The notes beneath the pieces are model-generated. The model worked only from the letters and a program-made list of their open reading frames with translations. It ran no database searches and was not told where the DNA came from. 64,000 nt of DNA from Nymphaea colorata (lineage: Eukaryota), in NCBI RefSeq assembly GCF_008831285.2, contig NC_045138.2, positions 27,342,001 through 27,406,000 of the forward strand, given 5' to 3'. Each line of letters begins with the position of its first letter. Positions within the stretch are counted from its first letter, which is position 1. This document shows positions 29,711 to 49,924 of the stretch, piece after piece. The position numbers were made by a program, and so were the translations under genes.

Positions 29711-31726
29711 CTCTTACCACTGCTCCAATTAGAAGGAATCAAGATTGTAATAAGGAAAATTCAAAATGGAAGGAAAATATTTTGCCTAGTATATTCCTAG
29801 TATAACTTCAGCCTTCTTCTGATCATATATAAGTTCTTATTGCAGTACTTCTGATTTTCTCGCTCTAGAACATGCTTCCTTCCTGCATTTATCTTCAAAT
29901 GCAGTAACTTTCGGTGAATTCGTGTAGCAAAGAACGCAAGATCTGTAGATCAACATCAACTCATCAAGTTTCCCCTGCAATAAGATCTACACAAGGAAAA
30001 GCATTATTCTTTCATTGGTTATTTGAACAATGATGGCCGACAATCCTGTTCTTTGTATAGATTTCTGTTGTTGTGTCTCTTTTATCAACGCGTAAGTGAG
30101 TCAAAATAGCTTTTAAAGAAGCTTCTGCAAGGAACCGAGCGCGCTCCTCTGCAATAAACAAATAGCCCCAGTAAGTTTAACCACGTACAGAAAAGATCAA
30201 AATAATTAGTGCCATCTTGTTGGCTGTATGTATCCTTATGCGAATACGAGCATACAGGAAGATTATATTCTAGTAATTATATCTTAAGAGTTGTAGCACA
30301 GGTTAATTGCCCAAGTTGAATGAGAGATCTCTCCAAGTTAATTCCCATAAAAATCTATCTTGCTTCTTTCAACATGTGTATAAATTGAACATCTCTGCTT
30401 CTGATTAACCAGAGAACAAGAGAACCTCTTTCATTTCATTTCTAATCTTTTTTTGTTTCAAGAAGAGGTTGAAAAGGAAAATAGAGTTGGGATTTCATTC
30501 TTTTGACCATCATCTGAGTCTTCCACTAGCATTAGCAATTACGGGTAGAGATGAATATTGTCGTTCACGTCCATAATTTCAGAAAGGCATTATTTCCACA
30601 GCAGGACTGAGTTGGAGGTTTACATGAACAAATCCTAAGGAATTCTACCATAGTTGTAACTCTCCCTGTTAGTCCCCTGCATTCCGAAGGTACATGGTTT
30701 CAAAATAAGTTGGTGGGGAGCAGGGGCCGAGCCACATGTGGGCATGTGTGGGCAGTTGCCCACACAATCCCACATATTTTATTTCTTTTCACACAGGTGG
30801 TTTTCAAGAATTTGTTTATTCGTATATGTGTGTCCCTTAATTATTTACTTCGTGCCCCGTACACTTTTAATTATGTTTAATATTGATCACTACCGCAGCC
30901 CTTCATTGACTGCTCAATATTGAGCATTCAATGAGAAGAGAGATGGACAGAAGTCAGAGATTGGTAAATAGGTGAATTCCAGATTCGCAGCTAGAGGCAG
31001 TCAACAATTTACATATTTATTAGCTCTGTGATGCCAAAATCTCCTCCAACAAGGAAAAAGTTGTATATGTGAAACCATTTTTTTGGAATATGATAAAATC
31101 CTGATATATTTGACATAAGACTGCACAGTTCTTTGGTTTTGTTCACATTTATGATGCCTATTGACTGAGTTATAACAAACAATTCCAGAATTTAAGACAG
31201 AGTTATAACAACCCAATTCCAGGTTTTGACAAAGAAATTGGATATAGATTAGGGTTTAGCAGTTTTGAGCCGGATGAGTCTGAAAATTTAGACAACAAAA
31301 GTTGGCTGCTAAGTGTGTAAAGATATTACCTTAAGTGATTCACAAGGTAAAATAAAATCCAAAAGGAGACTTTAGTTAGAAAAAGTATATTTTCTGTTAG
31401 CATTTTTATTTTGAGGGAAGTGGATATAAATATGAGATCATTTGGTGGATTCTTTAGATTATAAGACTCGATCAAATGCACATCTCCCGACCAAGGACTG
31501 CATGTAAAAGGATATCTTGCTTAAGAAAATTATTTTTCTTGGCTTTTTACATATTTTCGGGCCAAGTGCAAGTAAATATAGGAGGTTTTTTTTTTTTGAA
31601 GATTCTTGAGATGGAATTTTAAGAAAACTGCCAATTACATGTCACCAACTCTAAGAACTCCGCGGTTCAAACACGGAAAACTAACCGCCCACATTTAAAA
31701 GGCCAGATTTTGTTTACAAAAGTATT

Positions 31727-31902
31727 CAAGGGTGGAGCCAAAAATTCTGATGAAGTAGTACTAGTAATAATTTTTTTAAATTTTAAGAAGTCATTAATAT
31801 AGGAATAAAAAATTACTCTTAGGTGTTAATAGGAAAATAAGTATTTTTTGTGGGCCAGTGTGGGCAACTGCCCGCACGGTGCCCACACCAGCCTCTATCC
31901 TT
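31727..31902. mobile_element. hAT-like MITE (CAGGGGCGGAGCC-type termini) with degenerate 8-bp target-site duplication, upstream of neprosin copy 2
   Basis: Termini CAAGGGTGGAGCC / GCCTCTATCCTT; flanks AAAGTATT and TAAGTATC. The paralogous empty site (AAAGTATC) is seen upstream of copy 3 at ~37411-37418. Confidence 0.65.
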
Positions 31903-31959
31903 TAAGTATCACTTTTATTTCGAGCTCAAGAACCAAAGATAAGGGCACTTTTGCTGTGT

Positions 31960-35782
<3,823 letters not shown>

Positions 35783-37513
35783 TCGATCGACGACGAAGAA
35801 CCAATTCAGTTCTCCATGTTTCTAATGGTTCCTGTTCAGACGTAAACCAGACGATTTGATTGATTAATTGTAATGGAGAAGAACCCTTGTTCGTGAATCG
35901 CGTGTTTGCATAGGAGAGAAATTTTCGCCTTTTTCGGCCCGCATGCTTTTGATGATAAGTCATCTGGAAAGAGTTGTCCGGGGTCGGCCGGGGTTCTCCT
36001 GTCATCGCTGCAATCTGCATGCGAGCCCGAACTCAATCGATCACAAAAATCAAGCTCGAACTTGACTCGTTTAACCCATTTAACTCCTTTTAAGTGTTAA
36101 CTTGTGTAAGTATTAACTCATTTAACTTTGTAAGTGTAAGTGTTTACTCATGTAACTTGTGAAAATTTGTTTTTACCCTCCAACTTAAAACCGGTGATTC
36201 AGTGACCAGTTTTAACAATATTATATAAAGTATCAATGTGAGTCGAGTTCCTGAAACTCGAACTCGACTCATTTATCATTTCAAGTATATTTGTAAGCAT
36301 GAGCCAAGTTTTTTCGAGCAAGTTCGAATTGAGCCCGAGTTGAATCGACTCATTGTGGTGAGAAGTTGATTGTTTTTTATCTTTTCCTTTGAGAGGCATT
36401 ACAGTAATTTTGTAGGTATCTAGCCAAAATTATGAGGACACTTTGTTCCCGCTCAAATTGGAGCTAAGGTTTTTCAGGTGTAAAATAATAGGCAATTAGC
36501 TATCAAAGTGATTAATCAGTACGAGTTAGGTTTATGATCCTTCTTCCCATCTGCATTCCGGAGCCAGAAATTTGATCATGCATATGTGACAAAAAGAAAA
36601 GAAAACAAATTATGATTGTCGAGAAGCAAAGTAGACAAGTTAAACTATTTAGAAGCAAAACAGAATACTATTAATTTCTGGAAATTGGAGTTGACGGATA
36701 TAAATACGGGATTTTATTATAATTAAGATTGTTGAAATCATGATTCTTAAAAAGAAAATTTCCCAAAATGCAGCTTTGAGGGATGTAGCAAACCTGGCGG
36801 CAATATGGAGGTTATGTGTCAGCGTGAATTTTCGTATGGTTAATGATTAAAATACCTTTATTTCATATTAAATAATTTTTTTGTAAAGATAAAATGAAAA
36901 AAAAACTATAAAAAATATTTCTTTTTAATATACTACCAAAATGTCATTCCCTCCCTCCTTTACACTGCACACGCTGTGCCTCTCACATATAACTTTTTGT
37001 GGGGAAATTGTGGGGTGGGGCTTCGAACACTAACAATTTCTAAAATTTGGTACCAGCTCTGTTATACTTCAGAATGAATCCAAGTCCCAATTTGGTACCA
37101 GTTCTTTTCTACTTCTCCATACTTAATCCAAGTCATCACTTCAAACATGGAAAAACAAAGGCATATATGTAAAAGGACATTTTGCTAATTAAATTCATTT
37201 GTGGGCATTTTATTTTGCGTGAAGTGAGTAAAGATATAAGGTTATTTAAAAAAAAAAATTAAATCTTTGTGGAAGGAGATCCTTGAAATGAAGAATATCT
37301 CCTGAAATGCCAACATATCATCCATATGATTCTACCTGTCCAGAATCCGTTTCCTTGGTTCTTACATGGAAAATTGACCACCATATTTAAAAGGCCAGAT
37401 TTTGTTTACAAAAGTATCGTTTTTTATTTCGAATGAAGCGAACAAAAAATACGAGCTCTGCTGGGGAGTTTTGGAACAAGAGGCCATTTTGACAGAGAGA
37501 GAGGGGGAGAGAG

Positions 37514-41167
<3,654 letters not shown>

Positions 41168-42200
41168 AAACCCTCGATCTGAATGTTGGAGATCAGTCGA
41201 TAGTGCCATGGAGGGCACAGGATTGACCGGGGATGGGCGTTCCATGTGCTACCACATTGGACAATCGACTGATCGGCAGCAGTTCCACAAGCAGGCCGGC
41301 CATTAATGTTCTGCATCCCTGGGCCTAGAAGGACTCATCCGCTGTAGTCATTGAAACGGAAGACAATCTTGTAGGCACTGGAAATGGTCCTTGGGTTTGA
41401 TCTTCTTATGTAAATGAAGCATGTGGCCTGCCGCCTGCTTGCTAGGCTTTCGGCGAGTTAGGCTTTGGTGGTTCTCTGTTGCTTCCGTGGTTTGCATCTG
41501 CGGAAGAAAAGGATCTGGAAAAAAATTTCAAATTTTCAAATTTTTTTTCATTTCATCAAACGTGCAGAAATTTTTTTGACCGTTGAAATTGATTCCATAA
41601 ATATATTTTCGAAAAAAAATTTCCAACCCATAATTTTTTAGATTGAGTTCTAATTAATTGTCATCTTCCTTAATTATGCCATTAGAAACAGTAATTAGAA
41701 TATCAAACAAATGCTATCATTAAGGTGGATCCATTTCTCTCTTCTTATGCACCAGCCTAATGTTAGTACATTAGATTTTGGGTGAGCAAGAGGTCAACAA
41801 TGCATTGCCAGGAAAATGCACGAGGACTAACAAGTCAAAGGTCCAGACCTGGAGGGGTACAGTACAGCCGTTAATTAGAATGTCATAATCTCATTGTAAA
41901 ACATTTAAAAATAGTCAAAAGTTAACATGCTGGCCAGTTTTGACACTAATTATATTTGGATTTGACCCATTTAATCCAATTCTAACAACATTAGTGTAAT
42001 GTGCTTAGCCAATTAAAGTCACGAATCTCATTCTTACAAAATCCATTGTTGTGAAATAAGATTAATGTGGATCTGCAACCATCGGCGTAGGAGGATACCC
42101 TAATCATTGGAAAAAAAAAAAGGAAGAAAAAGGAAGAAGACATGGCAAATATGTTTGCCGTATCTTCTTTTATCTTGATGTACAAGTTTGTCACCTTTGC

Positions 42201-42356
42201 CTCTTATCCTTGGCATTTAATGCGGTCACTAAGTAATGACATAAACTTATTAACCATGATAAACACTTTTTAGGTTACGCTCTTATCCTTGGCATTTAAT
42301 GCGGTCACTAAGTAATGACATAAACTTATTAACCATGATAAACACTTTTTAGGTTA
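42201..42356. repeat. Perfect 77-bp direct tandem duplication with a 2-bp (CG) spacer
   Basis: 42201-42277 is identical to 42280-42356. Confidence 0.95.
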
Positions 42357-42967
42357 GGTTGCTTCAAAGGACATGGCATAGTTGGTCGGGCAGATTGACA
42401 TGTAAAAGGTATTTTCTATGAGCACTACTCTACACCGTAACAAGTGAGAGCGATCATACCTCATCTAAGTCCTGACGCAGCCCAGACCCCTGAGACAAGA
42501 CAATGGGAGGGCTCTCGGGTCTTCTTTGGATGGTAATAGGGGCAGAGAAAGGAAATTTTTAGTCGCATCGAACTATAATTCAAATTTATATATAGATTAA
42601 ATCAAAATTTTAAAATTTATAGGTAAAATTTTGATTTTTCTAAAATCCCAAGTAGTATAAACTAAAATTTTGATTTTTCTAAAATGCCGTTTTATAAGGA
42701 AGGTTGGCGTTTATATGTATGAACTCTCTCTCCCAACCTTGTAGTATAACGGCAACACCTCAGCAAAAATCCATGCTTCTAGTTTTTCCTGATCTTACAT
42801 CTTAAACACCAACATGACATATTGGAGAATCGACTCTTGATAAAGTTCCAAATGCTGAACGAAATTTGGTTCCACATATTAGGCAGTCGTTTAAAGATGA
42901 TTCATGGCCAAGATGCAGCAGGAGGAAGGGCAAGTTATCCTCATATTCTCCATTTATGTGACTGCTG

Positions 42968-45917
42968 TCAATGTGGGCATTTCTCTGCAGAATTGCCAGG
43001 GCCACCAAAGAATATGTGGAGCCCCAGATTGCCTCTGTCAGATATATCCAAGCTGTAGCAGCCACTGTCAGTTATTACTGGTCTATAGTGCTGAGGGGTC
43101 TTGATATCATTGTCACCATTTACATATGCAATGTTGGAGATGTAGGCTGCCTTGCCATATCCCCACCCTGCAAAGTCGCCGCTTCCCATTCGAGTGGTGG
43201 TGTGGAATCCCTCAAACTTTTCGTCTGTGATCTCCCCACCATACTGAACTGAGGTAGCCCAGCTACTCAAGCTGGTGAAAAGAGAGCTAGGCCAGTATCC
43301 AACATCTTTGCCTTGGAAGCGAAACCACCAATCATGTGTTTTTGTATCCTGTTCAACAATCACGCTGTGAGAACTTTGTTGATACTGTCTGTGATAATGA
43401 TAGATAAGCTAATGATTGACTGGAAGAACAAAGATAACTGAGATATGCCATGTCAATTATGTGTTAACGCATTACTGCATAAGCTTCCAGGATTTATATA
43501 TATATTAAATTCTGTGAAATTGAATGGAGATCCGTCCGAATTCCAGTAAACATCTGCTGTATTTCTTTGCAACAGATGTACAACTGGAGCATCACTGCTT
43601 CGGATTAGTCAGGAAACTGAACTGACTCATGAAAGGACCTGTTTCATTTCTTTCGTTTTCTATTTTTTCTCTCTTAAGCAGCGATTGAAAAAGAAAAGGA
43701 AACTGCTTAGAACAGAAAAAGCAAAAAGTGGACTGCATTCTTTCATTTTCATCTTAGGTCTTTCAGTAGCACTAATATTTACAGGTAGAGAAGAATACTG
43801 CTTACCTTGAATATCATAACATCGATTCCATATTGTTGGCCATCAGGGATTGAAAGCGGTTGTATTTTGACACCGAGGCCAACTTGATGGTTTACATGCA
43901 CAAATCCTGGGCAATCTGGACTATAGTTGTAACACTGCCTGTCAGTCCCCTGCATTGCAATGGTAAGCATTCAAAGTAAGTTGGTGGGGATCCGGTTGTC
44001 TCAATATGGTTTCAACTAGGCCACTTTGTTTTTGTGTGTAGTCATGTAAAGGTTTTCTCAAATAACTGTGATGAAGAGCACATTCACGGATTCACCTTCC
44101 AGAAAGTAAACAGCCTTGTACTGGAATCCCCAAATAATTGTTTGTAGACCTGAAATTTTGAGTAATAATTAGAATCATGCGGCAAGCAAATATTATTTTA
44201 TTTATGCACTTAAGGACCTTAATTAACTGATGGCACGAAAACCTTTTCTGGTAAATCTTTTGAAAATTGTTATAGAAACACCAAGGAAATTCTATCCTAA
44301 CAAAACTTGATTCAAAACATAATAAAAGCGGCAAAAATGACAAGTTCAGTGAGCATTACTATCCATCCAGCGGAGATGTACTCTGTGCCCGCCAAGAGTG
44401 TTATGGACGCACTGCTAAATTCTTTTTCACGAGTAAGTGGATTCCAGACATTTATTCTTGCAGATGCGCCGAAAAATCCATAATCAGGAGGATAATCAGT
44501 CTTCAGAAGAGCAAACTGTTCCAAAGTGAGCATTGAAGAAGCATCAGTAGCTACGAAAAGGCAGATTATACAGGGATCTTGTAAACTCTAATCCTTACAC
44601 AGAACATGTTAAATGATGTTGTCCACTATCAAGGCCGTTCATCTCTGAGAATAGACAAAAACGAGTTGCTAAGGCATAAACTATTTTTCCTCCTAGAAGA
44701 AATTCTTTTTATCAGTACTATGAGTTTGTTTCATCCTAAGATCTAATCATCATGTGAGGAAAGCAATGTGGGAATGATCCATTTCCCTGGAGTTTAGTAT
44801 TAATATACTATGATATGTGAGTCCTCAATCATCGCTCTTGGATTTGGATTGGAATAAACAATATACTTCATCATTTCTCTGACATATAAGATCCATGTCA
44901 ACGATCAATTTTAGGAACCGTCCATGTAATCAACCTTAGGTTTACCTCATGGTGAAATTTGCCTGTCATTCCAACGCTGTCCAACCCAGAAGTAGCACTC
45001 TGGGTAGCTGACAGGGGTGCAACATGTTCAAGGCTGTGGTTTACATTCCTTGAAACAGGGACAGACCATTCTGGACAGTGCTCCCCTCCCTTGTTCCACT
45101 GCAGACTCTGTCCAGATGATGAGTTAGTAGAATTTGTCCCTGAATTTGGGTATGAAGTTGGTTGCATCTGTAGTCAGGAAAAGAAAAAGGAAAAGAAGAT
45201 GTTACAGGCTTCCAGCAAATGGGGCTAAGAATATAGTGACATGGCCCTTTTCTTTACAGGCGTATTTAGTATAGGCAGAGCCTTTTAACAGTTCATACCA
45301 GAACACAAATCAAGGTCACCTGGTGTTTCGAACAACCTGTAACAAGGATCAAAAATATGCCCTTGGCACGCGTGTTAATGCAGTGATGGCATACCAATTA
45401 GGAAATGGAACTCCATTGGTGTTTCACATCTACAAACTATAACACCGTTTGACCTGATTTGCTTGCCCCTGGCCAAATTGGACGGGGCTCTCACATCACA
45501 GCCAAGGCTGTCGGCAATCATGATTGAATTTTGTGCTTTTGCGCTTGAAAGGCAAAATCACCATCATTCTTACTTGGACGACATGGTCTTTAAGCGAAGC
45601 GTGTTGTAGAGAGGGCTGGCTGTATATTTGAAAGCAATCAATTGTATCCCCATCGTTTGTCTGCAAAATAAAGCGTCCCATCGATCAGATAACAGATTCA
45701 GTAATGCTGGGGAGAGAGAAATAGAGAGAAGAGGGAAGGAGATAGTAAATCGACTCTGCAATATTCTCCACATATACTGACATACCGAACAAGGAACTTC
45801 GTTCCTGCGGTTGGTTTGTAAAGAAGCTTGGAAACAGAGAATTAAGTTGCGCCAAACACTTAAATGGAGGTTGGTCCTATACATTTCTCCTCTGCAATAG
45901 GAATTAACTTCAGCCTT

Positions 45918-45982
<65 letters not shown>

Positions 45983-46574
45983 TTCCGAACAAGGAACTTC
46001 GTCCCTGAGGTTGGTTTGTAAAGAATCTTGGAAATAGATAAGATAAATAAGTTGCGCCAAACACTTAAAAACGGAGGTTGGTCCACTGCAATAGGAATTA
46101 CCCTCTGCCTCGAACTTATATATATACATAAAAGTTTCCGAACAAGGAACTTCGTCCCTGAGGTTGGTTTGTAAAGAATCTTGGAAACAGAGAGAATTAA
46201 GTTGCGCCAACACTTAAAATGGTGGTTAGTCCTATCCATTTCTCCTCTGCAATAGGAATTAACCTCAGTCTTGATCTTACTGCAGGAGACATTACCTTAT
46301 AAGAGCACTGCTCATGGAATTCTCTCCTGATAAGACTTTCAGTTCGTCCTTGTAGCATAATCAGCGGAGCCGCGTAAGAATCTAAGAAGAGGAAGGGGAA
46401 GAAGGAAAGGCAAAGGTTGAAAATTACCTTGAAGGTCTTGACTGGATTGCTGCTGGGCGTCTGAGTACCTTTCTCCAGTCCAAGACCCTTTGTCGTCGCC
46501 CCTGTTCCATATGCTTCTGGACCAAAAACTAATGAAACCAACAAAAAGATGAGCAAAACTTTGCTGAAAGCCAT
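42968..46574 (-). CDS. Neprosin-family protein copy 4, divergent and in opposite orientation (~396 aa); first catalytic Glu absent
   Basis: Seven exons 46428-46574, 45574-45660, 44946-45167, 44360-44515, 44096-44149, 43806-43949, 42968-43348. Motifs DGDTIDC..IYSQPSL, MQPTSYP, CPEWSVPV, GASARINVWNP, AGW, DCPGFV, WW..VGYWPSSLF, YGGEI, HTTTRMGSG, FFGGPG. Confidence 0.92.
45785..46277. repeat. Three-copy tandem repeat (~130-140 bp unit) with microsatellite spacers in neprosin copy 4 intron 1
   Basis: Unit CCGAACAAGGAACTTCGT...GCAATAGGAATTA starts at ~45786, ~45985 and ~46138. Confidence 0.9.
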
Positions 46575-46793
46575 GACGATCTTGTTGAAGCATCCAAAAG
46601 AATTTCAAGTCGTACGCCCCTAATGCCAATCTTATATAGTTAATATGCTATTATAAGTCCTAAGCCAGCTGCAGAAAAAAACCAATTTTAGCTTATTTGG
46701 CTTTCTGTTGGACTATATTTAGTCCCACTAATTATAATGGATGCCATGAATTTAAAACAACAGCTAAGAAAGGAAAAATCTTAACAAATAAGC

Positions 46794-46888
46794 TAAATTT
46801 GAATCCGACTTTTAGACCAAATTATATATATATATATATATTATATGTGTGTGTGTGTTAAATTTAAATCCGACTTTTAGACCAAATT
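46794..46888. repeat. 30-bp direct repeat flanking a (TA)n(TG)n tract
   Basis: TAAATTT(G/A)AATCCGACTTTTAGACCAAATT at 46794-46823 and 46859-46888, one mismatch. Confidence 0.9.
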
Positions 46889-47583
46889 GGACCGCATTAC
46901 AATATGCTAACAACTGACTTTCAAAATGGACTGATATTAAATCTAGAATATTTCCTTAAAACTAAATCCAAATACAAACCCGATCAGATATTTATTTAAA
47001 GTTGAATTCATTTGGATGTCTTTTAAATTTGATATGATGATGTTACATTTTTTCCATTCAATATTTTTTGAAGCAATTGGGTTAGATAGCCGAACCAAAT
47101 CGGAGAAGCCAATTTGGATATGGACCTAAATCCATATCCAAAACGAGACAATATCCAAATACAGATGCACGCTATGTTGTACGACTCCTCGTGTTTGATC
47201 CAAATCCAAGTCGAGATGGGACAACTAAAACCAGGTGAGCGCTACATGGAATACATCCGAAATCAACTCGACGTGGAAGACCGCCCCGCTTGCTTCAAGG
47301 TGTGGGCGAGAGGCTATGGACCTCCGAAAGTAAAGATACCCTTGGGTTATGTTTGTTTGATTGGTTTTGGCCTCTTGACATGGGCCAGAATTCTTGTTTC
47401 TATGGAGACAATGGGTTCCAAATTCGTGTGTATCTCAAATCAGATCCGGAAATCCTTGGGGAGATGAGCACCGTTTCACGATGGGACAGGAACGGAAGAG
47501 GAATTTTGCTTCGTCTCTCGGCTGCCCTTCCCTCCCTCTCTTTCTTCATTCCTTCCCTCGCTGCCTTCTCAATCGGATAGAGG

Positions 47584-49784
47584 ATGGTGAATTTCATGCT
47601 GGAGATCAAAGGGGATCTCGAAAACCTGACTAATCTTCAACCAGAGGGGGGATGCAATGATGCCAATTTTCCCTACTATTTCAAGGTTATCTCTCTCGAT
47701 CTCTCGCTCGCTCTCTTTTGTCGATGGAATTTATGCATTGATAGTAAGATATCTCTTTGTTGGTGGTTGAATTCTTAGCTGAAATGTGGGAACTGTGGGG
47801 AGTTGAGCCAGAAGGAGACGTGCGTGACGCTATCTGAAGTAGTCCAACTGTCCAAAGGAAAAGGCACCGCCAATCTCTCCCAGAGGGTATCCTTGTCTTC
47901 CTTTTTGTATTCCCTCCTTAAAGTTCATTTCGTTTCGTTTAAGATCATTTGGTGGGCTTTTGATGCCCTTGCAAGGAACGGTATGGGTGGGGACTGAATG
48001 GCAATGCGTTTCTGAAATGAGATGCTAAATACTCGTGAGTTTGTGTGTTCATCTGGCTAACTACTCGGTTGGAAGGCTTGTGCTCATGCTGAAATAAAAG
48101 AAGTATGTCACAAGAGCATAATCTGTTTGGGATAGAACTGAAGATGGCAGAAGTTGCTAAGACAAACGAATTTTTTCATTTGTTGTGTTTCTGCTAGTGA
48201 TTTATACCTGTAAGCTAACCTGATCGACCCCACTCATCACGCGTTTGATGTTTTTAGTTATTCTTTTGGACCCTCATTATTGCACCCACAAAGGGTCCCT
48301 TCATCTAGGAGGAGCAACTTGTGAACATTGGCAGCCTGAAGGACCATGTCGACATGGAACCATAAATGAGTGCTCTTGCCCGAAAGCTACAGCTTCATCT
48401 ACCTTCTTGATACTTATTTTATAACATCTTTTCCGATAATAGATCAATGTTCCGGGAACCTGCGTTTATTTCTCACTGAATAAAAGTTAATATTGATTGT
48501 AGTTGATTTGAAATGACCTAGTATTAAAACATTCTTGCTGATTCATCCTCAGTGTAAGTTCTGTGGACGGGACGGCAGTGTGTTGATGATCCCAGGAAGA
48601 GGCCGCGCAGTGACTGATGAAGACAGTGAATCAGGAAAATTTGTTCCAATTATGATGTTTGACTGCAGAGGTTTTGAACCAACAGGTTTTTCATTCAGAG
48701 ATGGCTGGACGGCTGAATCTGTGAGTTAATCACGTTTGTGAAACATTTCTTACGTTTGCTAGTGACCTATGTATGTGTTTAATTCTTGTAGTTGTTATAT
48801 ACTCGTGTCAAGCATAAGGAGATTCTAGCGGTTATACCTAATAAGTTAATAACCAATTCTCGTAATTGGATTTCTATAATAATATGAGGGGGAATCTACA
48901 CATAAATATTGTTGATCCTTTGCAGCTGCAGCAGCAAGGGGCCATTAAAGCTCCAAGCATTTAGTATGTTGATAGTCTATTTTGTAGCCTTCCATTCCAT
49001 GGCCTATATCCATGAAATTTGGTTTTACTTTACTAGAAAAGTCTGATTTGAATGTTTGCTGCGAGTACTTAATATGGTGCTTCTGCAAGAGAAATGCTGC
49101 ATTATAATATGTGTTTCTATATGTGATTCTCGTCCTGTAGGACGCACCTGAACGTAGAAGCTTTGCTGTCTTGTCCTTACCTCCAAAAGAATACTTTGTA
49201 TACGAATCATGTTGTCTGAATACTTCGTTGCTTTCCAATTTGCTTTCTAATAGCTCGGCACATTTTTGTTGCTTATGGACTCTGAAGATCCGCAATTCAC
49301 TACGATTTGCTTGATCCATAACAGTTTTCCCTTTGGGGTTGCCATGCCACACCCCCTGTATTCCTATTTAAAGATGAATGTGTTCGGGTGGGCACAAGTG
49401 GGCAGGCACCATGTTTAAGAAAATGATTATATCACACAATGGGTGGAATGGAAATTTAAGCCCCTTCAGGGGTATGAACTACAAGAATCTTGTGCCTTGT
49501 CCATGCAAAGACAGGCTGGTTTCTGTTTCTTTCAACGAAAAATAGGAAGATCTGAAATGCAAATTTACTGTTTTTCCCTTTAACTCTTTAGTGGAAAAAC
49601 TCCTGTAGGTTTGTTTCACTATTTACCTTGAATGGTAACAATAAGTTTGTTACTTCTGCAGCTTGCTGGTACCAAGTTTGAGAGCATTGATTTGTCAGAT
49701 GGTGACTTCGTCGAGTATGACGAGAAGGGGCAATGCCCCGTTGGGGTTTCCAATCTCCAGGAGAGGTTTGTTGTGGTCAGGTAG
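47584..49784 (+). CDS. DUF866 / UPF0587 (C1orf123/CZIB-like) CXXC zinc-binding protein (~166 aa)
   Basis: Exons 47584-47685, 47779-47886, 48553-48720, 49662-49784. Two CXXC motifs (KCGNC, CKFC), LENLTNLQP, FDCRGFEP, and C-terminal DLSDGDFVEYDEKG. Confidence 0.92.
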
Positions 49785-49881
49785 CTTGGAGCAATAACTC
49801 CTAGAAGAACAAAAGCGATGGAATGTTGACCTAAATGCTCTATAATGGTGCAAACATCTTGATAGAACTAATTATGCTGCG

Positions 49882-49924
<43 letters not shown>

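Noticed and set aside
42445..42470. GCGATCATACC resembling the 5' end of 5S rRNA or a Cassandra TRIM LTR
   Set aside because: The match is only ~11 nt and does not extend into 5S box A/C sequence.
45785..46277. Superficially CRISPR-like repeat-spacer pattern
   Set aside because: Units are ~135 bp, spacers are microsatellites, the context is a plant intron and there are no cas genes.
47114..47633. ORFs upstream of the DUF866 gene
   Set aside because: No recognisable motifs; they overlap MITE-like ATCCA/GGAT-rich debris and the probable promoter or 5'UTR.
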